From the NCBI GenBank assembly GCA_021323675.1, contig JAJPKP010000061.1, positions 11,955 to 75,954 on the forward strand: a stretch of 64,000 nt of DNA, given 5' to 3'. The DNA is from Pseudomonadota bacterium (GTDB taxonomy: Bacteria; Desulfobacterota; Binatia; Binatales; Binataceae). Each line of letters begins with the position of its first letter. The first letter of the stretch is position 1. Made by a program: the position numbers and the translations under genes. Below the pieces are notes generated by a model. It did no database searches. It worked only from the letters and a program-made list of their open reading frames with translations, and was not told the origin of the DNA. Shown in pieces: positions 18,445 through 27,721 of the stretch.

Positions 18445-19230
18445 TCAGCCCTTGAGGAAACCTCGAACGGCCTTTACGAACTCAGCCTGCTGTTCGTACA
18501 TCGGCATGTGCCCGGCCTGCTTGATGGTGACCGCCTTCGCGCCCTTGATCCGGCTGGTGAACTCGTTGGCGTACACCGGCGGAATCAATTTGTCCGATTC
18601 GCCCCAAACCACCAGGGTCGGTGAAGAGATCCGGTAGGCGCGCTTCTTGAGTCCGCGGTCGGGCAACGGCCACAGGAATTTTCCCGCGGTCGCGAGCCGC
18701 TTCACGCGCTCGACGTACATCGCTTCGAGCGCCTTGAAGTCCTCCGGAATCGCGGTGAACATCTTGGCGATCGCGGAGTTCGGATCGTGGAAGAGCAGGG
18801 GACCGATTTCGGTCAGGTCAGCCGCAAAGAAGTCGGGAATCGGATGCTCTTCGAGCCAGAAACCCGCCGGCGACACCAACACGAGCTTCTTGACCCGATG
18901 GTTGCAGAGCGCGGCGACTTCGGCCGCCAGCATCCCGCCCATCGAGTGTCCGACCACGTTCGCGGGCGCGATGCCCAGTTCGTCGATCAGTTGATGGTAG
19001 AAGAGGGCGGCGTCGATTACGTCGTCGATGTGCTCGTTCCCCGTCGATTCACCATAGCCCGGAAAATGGGGAGCATAGACCTTGAAGTCTTTGCCGAGAT
19101 CTTCGAGGAACGGATCGACGCCCGTCAGGCCGCCGGCACCGTGCAGGAACAGGAGCGGCTCTCCGGCCGAACCGAACTGATGCAGTTCGACGGAGAACTT
19201 GCCGCCAAGCAATTTATGAGTGGTAATCAT
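18445..19230 (-). CDS. Alpha/beta fold hydrolase
   Basis: LHGAGG, GHSMGG, WGESD, AGH; real start MITTHK at 19230 overlapping the LLM stop (ATGA). Confidence 0.88.
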   Translation of the reverse strand: MITTHKLLGGKFSVELHQFGSAGEPLLFLHGAGGLTGVDPFLEDLGKDFKVYAPHFPGYGESTGNEHIDDVIDAALFYHQLIDELGIAPANVVGHSMGGMLAAEVAALCNHRVKKLVLVSPAGFWLEEHPIPDFFAADLTEIGPLLFHDPNSAIAKMFTAIPEDFKALEAMYVERVKRLATAGKFLWPLPDRGLKKRAYRISSPTLVVWGESDKLIPPVYANEFTSRIKGAKAVTIKQAGHMPMYEQQAEFVKAVRGFLKG

Positions 19231-20519
19231 TTCGCGCTGCGAACCTCCGACTGAATTCCCGCGGGACGCGTTTGGCCGTTGGCGCCGCCCTTCTCGAAGT
19301 GCACCGGCGCGGGGCTCTGGATCTCGGGCAGGCGTTTGGGCGACCAGCGATCCTCGTACTCGCTCCACAGGTCGCGCATATACGGCATGACCTCTTTTGC
19401 GAACAGTTCCGTGCTGGCTTTCACCAGATCGGGCGGCATCGAGCCAATCTGCATGAGCATCATGAGATGTCCGCAGTGGAGCGTCTTCATCGCTTCGCGC
19501 AGCCGCTCCCGAACCGTCTTGGGCGAGCCGGCGATGATGAAGCCCTGGTCGACGAAGTCCTTCCAGGTAAGTCCGTCGCGGCGCAGGTCCGCCTGCTTGC
19601 CGACCTGGCCGAGCAGTCCGGCTTTGATGGTCTTGACCGTGCGATAGCCCGGCGCATCGGCGAAGCCGTTGTACACGTGCAGGCAGCGGTTGAAGAAGTA
19701 GTCCACGTGTGGGGAATAGAGGCGCTCGGCTTCCTCGTCGGAGTTGGCGACGATGACCACCTGCGCGAAGCCCATCGCGTACGGATTCGGTTCCTTGCCC
19801 TTTTTGGCCATCACTTCCCAGTAGCCGTCGGCGACTTTCTTGCCGGCGATGTAGCCGAAATAGCTGAGGAAACTGTACTGGTAGTCGTGGTCGGCGCAGA
19901 AGTCGTAGGTCTCGACGGAGCCGCCGCCCGGAATCCAAATCGGCGGATGCGGCTGCTGGATCGGGCGCGGCCACAGGTTTACGTAGCGCAGCTTGGTGTA
20001 CTTGCCGTTGAAGGAGAAGATGTCCATCTCCTTCCAGGCCTTCACGATCAGGTCGTGCGCTTCGTAATACTTCTCGCGCAGGGTGGCCGGCACTTCGCCG
20101 TAGCAGAAGTTGTCGTCCATCGAGGTGCCGACCGGAAAACCGGCGATCAGCCGTCCGCCCGACATCACATCCAGCATCGCGAATTCCTCCGCGACCCGAA
20201 CCGGCGGGTTGTAGAGAGCGATCGAATTGCCCAGGACCACGAGGTTGGCGTTGCGCGTGCGCCGCGTTAACGCCGCCGCCATCAGGTTCGGCGACGGCAT
20301 CATCCCGTAGCCGTTCTGATGATGCTCGTTGACGCCGAGGCCGTCGAAACCCATCGCATCGGCGAATTCGAGCTGATCGAGATAGTCGTTATACAGGCGA
20401 TGCCCGACCTTGGGATCGTACAGATTGCGCGGGATGTCGACCCAAACGCTGCGGTACTTGTCCTTGAAGTCTTCCGGCAGGAACCGGTACGGCATCAGGT
20501 GAAACCATGTGAATTTCAT
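19227..20519 (-). CDS. LLM-class (luciferase-like) flavin-dependent monooxygenase
   Basis: GFDGLGVNEHH, RVAEEFAMLDVMSGGRL, PRPIQQPHPPIW. Confidence 0.92.
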   Translation of the reverse strand: MKFTWFHLMPYRFLPEDFKDKYRSVWVDIPRNLYDPKVGHRLYNDYLDQLEFADAMGFDGLGVNEHHQNGYGMMPSPNLMAAALTRRTRNANLVVLGNSIALYNPPVRVAEEFAMLDVMSGGRLIAGFPVGTSMDDNFCYGEVPATLREKYYEAHDLIVKAWKEMDIFSFNGKYTKLRYVNLWPRPIQQPHPPIWIPGGGSVETYDFCADHDYQYSFLSYFGYIAGKKVADGYWEVMAKKGKEPNPYAMGFAQVVIVANSDEEAERLYSPHVDYFFNRCLHVYNGFADAPGYRTVKTIKAGLLGQVGKQADLRRDGLTWKDFVDQGFIIAGSPKTVRERLREAMKTLHCGHLMMLMQIGSMPPDLVKASTELFAKEVMPYMRDLWSEYEDRWSPKRLPEIQSPAPVHFEKGGANGQTRPAGIQSEVRSAK

Positions 20520-20552
20520 AAGCTCATCTCCTTTGCCCCTGCGCCACCCCGA

Positions 20553-21395
20553 TCAGGCTAAGCCCCGAGCAGCGACTGCGTGCGATTCTTTCTCCTCGAT
20601 TTTTTCGGCGTGGCCGTTGCCGGTCCCGCCGTTGATTCCCGTTCGCGATTTCGACCCCGCTACGGCCAGCCGCGCCCGTTGATGTCCCGGATGAGCGTCG
20701 CGAGCCGGAGCGGTTGCCGCGGTGATCGGTTGATCGCCCGCGATCCTTCCCAACGAATGATCTTTCACCAAATGGGACTCGAGCGCCTCGTGGATGAAGT
20801 GCTCCGGGTCGAGGCCGGTGATGTCTTTGAAGAAATTGTCGTCGCCGAGCAACATGAAGGCGCCATTGATGCTCGCCCACATCACCGCGGCGGTTTTGGC
20901 GGGCCCCATCGCATTGGCGATGAGTCCGGCATCGATAACGCGCGCGATCGTCCGCTCCCAGAGGCCGAACACTTCGTGGCTGAGTTCGAGGACGCGCTTG
21001 TAGTTGCGAAGCTCGGAGGCGCGCTTGATGCGCCTGCTCAGCTTGCCCCATCCGGCAGACTGCTGGCTCAGGAACATCTCGCGGGATTCGCGGATGTGAT
21101 CGAGATAGGCGGCGGCAATGTCGCGCAGTTCATCGAGCGGCGCGAGATTGCTCGACTGAATCGCGACGTATCGCGCCCGGAGCTGATTGACGCGTTCCAC
21201 CAGCAGGCTCAGGAAGAGATCGTCGCGGGAGCAGAAGTAGAGATAGATGGTTCCGACCGCGACCTCGGCCTCGCGCGCGATCATTTCGATCGTGGAATGT
21301 TCGAGGCCGTGCTCGGCGAACACGCGAAGGGCGGCCGCCAGGATCGCATCGCTGCGCGCGCGCCGCTCGCGCCTATGACGTTCGCGAACGCTCAT
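20553..21395 (-). CDS. TetR/AcrR family transcriptional regulator
   Basis: ILAAALRVFAEHG...IAREAEVAVGTIYLYF HTH. Confidence 0.9.
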   Translation of the reverse strand: MSVRERHRRERRARSDAILAAALRVFAEHGLEHSTIEMIAREAEVAVGTIYLYFCSRDDLFLSLLVERVNQLRARYVAIQSSNLAPLDELRDIAAAYLDHIRESREMFLSQQSAGWGKLSRRIKRASELRNYKRVLELSHEVFGLWERTIARVIDAGLIANAMGPAKTAAVMWASINGAFMLLGDDNFFKDITGLDPEHFIHEALESHLVKDHSLGRIAGDQPITAATAPARDAHPGHQRARLAVAGSKSRTGINGGTGNGHAEKIEEKESHAVAARGLA

Positions 21396-21404
21396 GCGCC
21401 CTTG

Positions 21405-21464
21405 AATGAATGATCCTTCATTTTCTGAACACAACCTCATAGCGCCGACCCCGCAGAATGTCAA
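21405..21464 (-). promoter_or_regulatory. tetR promoter (TTGACA-N17-TATGAG) with two putative operators
   Basis: Perfect AATGAA-N6-TTCATT at 21405-21422 and degenerate TGAA-N6-CTCA at 21426-21439 overlapping the -10. Confidence 0.6.
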
Positions 21465-21515
21465 AGGACGCCCTCGATCTTTCCCGCAAGCCGGGCTGGT
21501 TTAGCCTCGGCGCTA

Positions 21516-21543
21516 TTGACTGATTCTCGCGAGCCGCTAGTGT
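21516..21543 (+). promoter_or_regulatory. sigma70-like promoter for the riboswitch-tonB transcript
   Basis: TTGACT-N16-TAGTGT; the predicted TSS coincides with the riboswitch 5' end. Confidence 0.55.
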
Positions 21544-21548
21544 CATCT

Positions 21549-21686
21549 TCGACTCGCGTTGGGAAAGCCGGTTCGAGGCCGGCGCTGCCCCGCAACTGTG
21601 GGGAGTATCGCGATTGGCCGCGATGCTCCGAGCCAGACTACCAGCCGAGTCGATGAAGCCGATTGGACCTTCGCGGGTGAGGGAGG
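21549..21686 (+). ncRNA. Cobalamin riboswitch, compact (class II-like)
   Basis: Closing helix TCGACTCG/CGAGTCGA (21549-56/21646-53); GGGAA; GCCGG-TTCGAGG-CCGGC T-loop hairpin; CTGCCCCGCAACTGT; AGCCAG B12 box; downstream hairpin loop GCGGG (21673-77) complementary to L5 CCCGC (kissing loop). Confidence 0.87.
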
Positions 21687-21756
21687 CTTCCGGCGCGCGT
21701 GCCTTAGGGTACGCTTTCCTGCTGCCGATCTCCTCCGCGCGAGAAAGAGCAGCAGG

Positions 21757-22548
21757 TTGGCGAATCACGATCCAGAATGTCCTGGTGATTGTTCAGGAAG
21801 CGACGCTCCGACGCGTCCGCGGCGCCATCTCGTCTCGTTTGGCGCCTCCCTCGCCGCGCACATCATCTTGATCGGCGCGATCTTCTATTTCGCCCGTCTG
21901 CCTGAGCATGGTCACGATTGGGTGCTCGCCTACGTAATCGAAATGGGAGGCGGCGCTGGCGGCGCATCCGGGGGAAGCAAGGATTCCGGCGGTGTGCCGA
22001 TGGAACTACAGCCGATGCCCGAGGCGCCCACGCGCCCGGACTGGTCCACTCAGGACCTGGAAGCCGATACCGCTCAGGTCGTCATCGAAGATGCGGCAAG
22101 GCCGGCGCCGAGGCCGGGCGTAATGGCGCATCTGAACGGAGGCGCTCTCCGCCCGCATTCGCGCCGTGGCATCGGCTCCGGCACTGGCGGAGCCTCCGGC
22201 ACCGGCGATACGGGAGGCGGCTTTGGCGCCGGAACGGGAACGGGCAGCGGCCGGGGATTCGGCAATGGCATGCAGCTCGCGCACGCCGACTACGGCTCGA
22301 ATCCCGCGCCGCAGTATCCCGCCCGCTCGCGCAGGCGTGCCGAGCAGGGCACCGTCATCCTTCACGTGCTGGTGGCTGCGGATGGCCTTGTAGAGCGGGT
22401 CGAGGTTGCCGAATCATCCGGGTTCGATGACCTCGACGTCTCCGCGCTGGAGACGGTGCGCACCCGATGGCGTTTCGTTCCGGCCCGCCGCGACGGCCAT
22501 CCGGTCGAAAGCTGGGTCCTGGTGCCCATCCGCTTCGCGCTGCGATAG
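21757..22548 (+). CDS. tonB: Energy transducer TonB (start uncertain; TTG 21757 proposed)
   Basis: TM helix with SLAAH (SxxxH), Gly-rich linker, C-terminal YPARSRRRAEQGTV...SSGFDDLD...WRFVPA domain. Confidence 0.85.
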   Translation: MANHDPECPGDCSGSDAPTRPRRHLVSFGASLAAHIILIGAIFYFARLPEHGHDWVLAYVIEMGGGAGGASGGSKDSGGVPMELQPMPEAPTRPDWSTQDLEADTAQVVIEDAARPAPRPGVMAHLNGGALRPHSRRGIGSGTGGASGTGDTGGGFGAGTGTGSGRGFGNGMQLAHADYGSNPAPQYPARSRRRAEQGTVILHVLVAADGLVERVEVAESSGFDDLDVSALETVRTRWRFVPARRDGHPVESWVLVPIRFALR

Positions 22549-22659
22549 GGGTGAAGTCGAAGACCGTTTCAGGCGCACGGACGAGTCGATTTGCCGGGGC
22601 TTGCAGGGGGGGCTTGCCGGCCGCTGATTCCCCGGAGCTTAAAAGTTCAGGCCGCGCGG

Positions 22660-22693
22660 TGTTATTTTTAATAACAAGACGGCGTGGTATAAG
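22660..22693 (+). promoter_or_regulatory. Palindromic operator overlapping the -35 region of an extended -10 promoter
   Basis: TGTTATT-TTT-AATAACA (22660-22676); TGG-TATAAG at 22685-22693. Confidence 0.5.
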
Positions 22694-22720
22694 CCGTCGC
22701 AGGATGGGGGTGTTACGACC

Positions 22721-23224
22721 ATGACTGCCAAACCAAGCGCTTATCGAACCTGGAGCATAGTTCTTCTGCTCGCCGCTTTCCTGGTTCCGGCGAGCGCCCA
22801 CGCAATTGAAGTCAAGAAGATGATCAGCACCGGCGGAGGCGGCGGTGGCGGCGGCGGACCGGCGATGAGCGGTCCGGCACCCAAAAATCCGCTTAGCCCC
22901 GCGCAGCAAAAGGCGCTGTTCGACACCGTTGCCAGTGACTCCGATCAGTTCCTTGCGCAGGAGAGCGAGAAGAAGTCCTCGGGCGAGCTCTACGTCGATC
23001 TGGACAAGGCGACCTTCAACTACGTACCCAAAGGCGGCACCGTGGAGGCCAAGCTCACCGCTCCCGAAATGAAACCGAAAAAGAGCGATCCGACCTCCAA
23101 AGGGACTCCGACCGGCAAGAAAAAAGCGCTCGTCTTCAACTACAAGGTGGACGGAACCAAGTTCACCGCGACCGAGCCACCGAAGTGGGAAGACGTCGAG
23201 ACCGAGAAGTCGGCGAAGAAGTAG
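22721..23224 (+). CDS. Hypothetical secreted Lys-rich protein with a poly-Gly tract
   Basis: Signal peptide ending ASAHA; G9 tract. Confidence 0.7.
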   Translation: MTAKPSAYRTWSIVLLLAAFLVPASAHAIEVKKMISTGGGGGGGGGPAMSGPAPKNPLSPAQQKALFDTVASDSDQFLAQESEKKSSGELYVDLDKATFNYVPKGGTVEAKLTAPEMKPKKSDPTSKGTPTGKKKALVFNYKVDGTKFTATEPPKWEDVETEKSAKK

Positions 23225-23291
23225 CGGCGCAACAGACTATACAAGGCGATGCGCGGCGGCGACTGCCCGGCCGCCGCGGCGCTGGGCTATT

Positions 23292-23729
23292 GTGAAAAAA
23301 AGACTGCAAGACGACCTCAAGGCCGCGATGAAGAGCGGCGACACGCGGCGCACCATGACCATTCGCGGTGTGCTGGCGGAAATCACGCGGGTGGAAAAGG
23401 ACGTGCGGCGCGAGGCCAACGAAACCGAGATCGTACAGATCATCAAGCGCGAGCGCGCGCGCCGCGAAGAAGCCCTCGGCTTTGCGAAACAGGCGAACCG
23501 GGCCGACCTGATCGATCAGAACGAAGCCGAAGCCAAGATCCTTGCCGAGTACCTTCCCGCCGAAGTTTCCGCCGATGACGTGCGCGCGGCGGTCGCGGAA
23601 ATCATCGCGGGCGGAGCGTCTCAGATGGGTCCCGTGATGAAGGCATTGCGCGACAGGTTTGGCGCGCGCCTCGACGGCAAGCTTGCCAGCGAACTTGCCA
23701 AAGAAGCCCTTGCGAAAAAACCGGCATAG
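23292..23729 (+). CDS. GatB/YqeY domain protein
   Basis: LQDDLKAAMKSGD, E..IL.EYLP, MGPVMK, DGKLAS. Confidence 0.9.
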   Translation: MKKRLQDDLKAAMKSGDTRRTMTIRGVLAEITRVEKDVRREANETEIVQIIKRERARREEALGFAKQANRADLIDQNEAEAKILAEYLPAEVSADDVRAAVAEIIAGGASQMGPVMKALRDRFGARLDGKLASELAKEALAKKPA

Positions 23730-23925
23730 TCCGCTTTGGTCACTAGTCCGCGATCTGTCCGGCCGCGATAAAAATCGGGCGCGACCCTGGGAAACGGGTA
23801 CGCTCCCCGATTCATCCATGGCGGCGGCGATTGCGCCCCCGGCGGCCAGGACTCTTGCGGCGCGGGAGCGCGGAGATCAGCGCGAACCACTTTGGCGGAT
23901 TACCGCGTGAAACCAGGTGCAGGCG

Positions 23926-25083
23926 ATGGCTCAACGAAAACCAGAACCGTTCCGGATTGCGGTGGCTGACGACGTGCTCGCGGACCTGAAGGCGCGCTTG
24001 GATCGTACGCGCCTTCCGGACGAAGTGCCGGACACCGGATGGGAATACGGCACGAACCTCGCCTACATGCGCGAGCTTATCGAGTACTGGCGCACCCGCT
24101 ACGACTGGCGCAAGCATGAAGCCCATCTGAACCGCTTTCGCCATTTTCGGGCCGAAGTCGGCGGACTTGGAATTCATTTCATCCACGAGCAGGGCCGCGG
24201 ACCGAATCCGAAGCCGCTGCTGCTCATTCACGGATGGCCGGGATCGGTTTACGAGTTCATGGAAATCATCCCGATGCTGACGGATCCGGCCGCGCATGGC
24301 GGCGATCCGCGCGACTCGTTCACCGTCATCGCGCCTTCGCTTCCGGGCTACGGCTTTTCGGACCATCCGAAGGCCCGCGCGATGAATATCCAGGCGATCG
24401 CCGACATCTTCTTCCATCTGATGACGGAGGCGCTCGGCTTCAAGCGCTTCGCGGTGCAGGGCGGCGATTGGGGGTCGGCGATTACCGCGCGGATCGGCGA
24501 GGTCTATGCCGCCCATCTGTATGGAATTCACCTCAACATGATTCCGATCGGTCCGGCTGAAGGCCGCAATGCTCCCGAGCTGACGCCCGAAGAGAAGGTG
24601 TTTCTCGGCGACATGGAAAAGTTCCGCACGGCCGAGACCGGTTATCAATGGATTCAGGGAACGAAGCCGCAGACGCTCGCATACGGGCTCAACGATTCGC
24701 CGGCGGGCCTGGCGGGATGGATCGTCGAGAAATTCCGCACCTGGAGCGATTGCCATGGCAACGTGGAATCGCGCTTCACCAAGGATCAGCTTTTGACGAA
24801 CGTGATGATCTACTGGATCACCCAGTCGATTAATTCATCGACTCGTCTCTACTACGAGGCACGGCACCATCCCTGGCGTCTCAAGCCCGGCACCCGAATC
24901 GAGGCGCCGGCGGCGGTTGCGATGTTTCCGGGAGAGCTGGCGCGCCCGCCGCGCCATTGGGCAGAGCGCGTGCTCAACGTGAAGCGATGGACGGTGATGC
25001 CAAGCGGAGGGCATTTCGCGGCGATGGAAGAGCCGAAGCTTCTCGCTGACGACATCCGGGCCTTTTTCCGGGAGCAGTCCTGA
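23926..25083 (+). CDS. Epoxide hydrolase (microsomal/EHN type)
   Basis: HGWPGS, QGGDWGS, LNDSPAGL, GGHFAAME. Confidence 0.92.
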   Translation: MAQRKPEPFRIAVADDVLADLKARLDRTRLPDEVPDTGWEYGTNLAYMRELIEYWRTRYDWRKHEAHLNRFRHFRAEVGGLGIHFIHEQGRGPNPKPLLLIHGWPGSVYEFMEIIPMLTDPAAHGGDPRDSFTVIAPSLPGYGFSDHPKARAMNIQAIADIFFHLMTEALGFKRFAVQGGDWGSAITARIGEVYAAHLYGIHLNMIPIGPAEGRNAPELTPEEKVFLGDMEKFRTAETGYQWIQGTKPQTLAYGLNDSPAGLAGWIVEKFRTWSDCHGNVESRFTKDQLLTNVMIYWITQSINSSTRLYYEARHHPWRLKPGTRIEAPAAVAMFPGELARPPRHWAERVLNVKRWTVMPSGGHFAAMEEPKLLADDIRAFFREQS

Positions 25084-25156
25084 ATCGCAAGCCCGCGAAC
25101 CACGGCGCGCGAGGCCGCCCGAAAGATCGCGTCTGTCGATTCGAAGTATCCGCCGG

Positions 25157-27103
25157 TTATTTTGCCGCCGGATGCTCTTCGAATTTGACCAGTTCGGCGT
25201 AAAGCTTGTCGACTTCGCGGCCGAGCCGCTCGTATCGCGCGATTAAGTCGTCAGCATCCTTGCGCGCCAGGTAGAAGTTCGGATCGTTCATTTCCTGGGC
25301 GAGCGCGGCGCGTTCGCTCTCGCGCTTCTCGATTTCGGCCTCGACCCGCGCGCGTTCTTTCGCCGCGCGATCCATCCGGCGCTTCTGCTCGCGATCCTGA
25401 TCGCGGTCGCGCGCCGGCTGGACCTCCTTGCGGATCGGCGCCGGGGCGGGCGCAGGCTTCGCATTTGCGCCGTTCGATGCGGCCGCGGCGCGCGCCTCCA
25501 TCTCGGCCTTCTTGGCGAGGTAGTCGTCGTAGTTGCCCAGGTAACGAATGGCGTGGCCCTGGCCAACTTCGATTACTTCGGTGACCAGTTCGTTCAGCAC
25601 GTGGCGGTCGTGGCTGACGATGATCACGGTTCCGGGGAACCGCCGGAGCGCTTCGAGCAGGCTGTCCTTGGCGATGATGTCGAGGTTGTTGGTCGGCTCG
25701 TCCAGCAGCAGGCAGTTGTTGCGCCGCGCGAGCACCTTGGCGAGCGCAAGGCGCGCGCGCTCTCCGCCCGAGAGGACGCCGGCGCGCTTTTCGACGTCGT
25801 CGCCCGAAAACAGCATCGCGCCGAGCAATCCGCGAATCTCCGAGGTCGTCATCCCCTGCGAGTTGTCGCTCAGTTCCTTGAGCACGGAGTTGTCGTAGTT
25901 GAGGGACTCGGCGAGGTTCTGGGCGAAGTATCCGATGACGACCTTGTCGCCGACCATACGCTGTCCGGCGGTGAGCGGCTCGATTCCCGCCATCAGCTTC
26001 ATCATCGTGGATTTTCCCGCGCCGTTGGGGCCGACCAGCGCGATCTTCTGTCCGCGCTCGATGACGAGATCGATGCCGTCGTAGACGGTGAGATCGCCGT
26101 AGCGCTTGACGACGCCGCGCATCTCGAACACGCGCCGCGCGCTGCGCTCGCATTGCGGAAAAGTAATCGAGGGCGGCTTTTCGGCGCCGACCGGCGGCTC
26201 AAGCCGCTCCATCTTTTCGAGCTGGCGGATGCGGCTTTGGACCAGGGCGGCTTTGCTCTTCTGAAAGCGGAAGCGGCTGATGAACGCTTCCATGTGCTCG
26301 ATTTCGGCGCGCTGCTTCTCGTATGCGGCCATCTCGAGCGCGAATCTCTCCTCGCGCTGCACCAGGTAGCGCGAGTAATTGCCGTGGTACTCGGTCAATT
26401 TGCCGCGTGCGAGCTCGACGGTCCGATCGGTCACCCGATCGAGAAAATAGCGATCGTGCGAAACCAGGATGATTCCGCCCGTGTATGACTGCAGGTAATC
26501 TTCGAGCCAGTTGCGCGCTTCGATATCGAGATGATTGGTCGGCTCGTCGAGCATCATGAACTCGGGCGAGTCCAGAAGCAGCTTGGCCAGCGCTATTCGC
26601 ATCCGGATTCCGCCGGAAAATTCCGCGACATCGCGCGTCAAGTCTTCTTCCTTGAAGCCCAGGCCGAAGAGCACGGCGGTCGCGCGGCTTTCGGCGCTGT
26701 AAAAGTCGTGACGCTCGAGTTCGTGCAGAATCTCGCCGAGTTCGGCGAGCGCGCTGTCATGGGCGGGTCCCGAGTGCTCGCGCGCAAGAATCTCCTCGAC
26801 TTCGCGCCTGCGGCGATCCAGCGCCTGGGCGCGGTCAAGCGCCGAAAGCGTTTCGGCCAGCACGCTGCGGCCTCCCATCTCCGGGGCGTCCTGAGCGAGA
26901 TAACCGACGCGGGTCTTTTGCGGTCGCGCGATTCGTCCTGAATCCGGAGAGAACACTTCCGCGATCAGGCGCAGCAGCGTGGATTTTCCCGCGCCGTTAA
27001 GGCCGACCAGCCCCACGCGCGCGTTGTCGTTCATCGACCACGTGACGTGATCGAGGACCGTCCGCGCGCCAAAGGACTTGGTTATGTTGTCGAGCGCGAG
27101 CAT
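25157..27103 (-). CDS. ABC-F family ATP-binding protein (ribosome-associated, YheS/Uup-like)
   Basis: Two ABC domains (GLNGAGKS/FSGG/LDEPTNHLD; GPNGAGKS/LSGGE/LDEPTNNLD), no TM helices, C-terminal coiled coil. Confidence 0.93.
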   Translation of the reverse strand: MLALDNITKSFGARTVLDHVTWSMNDNARVGLVGLNGAGKSTLLRLIAEVFSPDSGRIARPQKTRVGYLAQDAPEMGGRSVLAETLSALDRAQALDRRRREVEEILAREHSGPAHDSALAELGEILHELERHDFYSAESRATAVLFGLGFKEEDLTRDVAEFSGGIRMRIALAKLLLDSPEFMMLDEPTNHLDIEARNWLEDYLQSYTGGIILVSHDRYFLDRVTDRTVELARGKLTEYHGNYSRYLVQREERFALEMAAYEKQRAEIEHMEAFISRFRFQKSKAALVQSRIRQLEKMERLEPPVGAEKPPSITFPQCERSARRVFEMRGVVKRYGDLTVYDGIDLVIERGQKIALVGPNGAGKSTMMKLMAGIEPLTAGQRMVGDKVVIGYFAQNLAESLNYDNSVLKELSDNSQGMTTSEIRGLLGAMLFSGDDVEKRAGVLSGGERARLALAKVLARRNNCLLLDEPTNNLDIIAKDSLLEALRRFPGTVIIVSHDRHVLNELVTEVIEVGQGHAIRYLGNYDDYLAKKAEMEARAAAASNGANAKPAPAPAPIRKEVQPARDRDQDREQKRRMDRAAKERARVEAEIEKRESERAALAQEMNDPNFYLARKDADDLIARYERLGREVDKLYAELVKFEEHPAAK

Positions 27104-27306
27104 CGTTAAATAGTTGATCGTACCAGCCGCGCGCGATGCCTGAAAGGTGCGGGACTATCATTAACATACGCCCCGTTTCGGCCACGCGCGTGGCTGCGGA
27201 TTGCCGCGAGAGTCTGGTAAGGTCGGGCGGCCCTTGCCGCGGCATGAGTTCGACCGGCTGGCGGTAGTATATTTGGGCAGGAAGGGATTCAGGGAGGACT
27301 TTTACG

Positions 27307-27648
27307 ATGCCGGCAGTGCGCGATGGCGACCGGGTGGTGATAATCGACAAGCGCCTGTTCCGCGAGGACAACACGCGCGTGTTCGTCGGGGTGGTCGAGG
27401 AATGCGACGATCATATCCTTCGCGCGCGCGGCTTCGCCTATCATGTCAACCCTTACGAAGTGGCGGGAACCGAACGGCGAGGCGAAGAGCGGGTGCGCGT
27501 GGTGTCCATCAATGCCGGCGACACGGTCTTTCTGCTGCCGCGCGAGCAGGACATCGATAAACTTCAGCTCAAGCGATCGCCGAAGGCGATGAGCCTGACC
27601 GACGGCAAGTTCGCGATGGATCTGAGCGACTTCCTGCCGCGCGCGTAA
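27307..27648 (+). CDS. Hypothetical protein (small beta-rich)
   Basis: GGAGG RBS, typical codon usage. Confidence 0.7.
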   Translation: MPAVRDGDRVVIIDKRLFREDNTRVFVGVVEECDDHILRARGFAYHVNPYEVAGTERRGEERVRVVSINAGDTVFLLPREQDIDKLQLKRSPKAMSLTDGKFAMDLSDFLPRA

Positions 27649-27721
27649 CCCTTGGTCTTCACATCGCCGCCTGTCTCGGCCTTCCGCGGGCACGAAAGCG
27701 GCGCGCCCCGAACTTCGCCGC

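Noticed and set aside
18445-19974. 509-aa ORF suggesting a large fusion protein
   Set aside because: The N-terminal half is an Arg-rich off-frame shadow of the LLM gene; the real hydrolase starts at 19230
21559-21756. N-terminal extension of TonB in the ORF track
   Set aside because: It runs through the cobalamin riboswitch and is almost certainly untranslated leader
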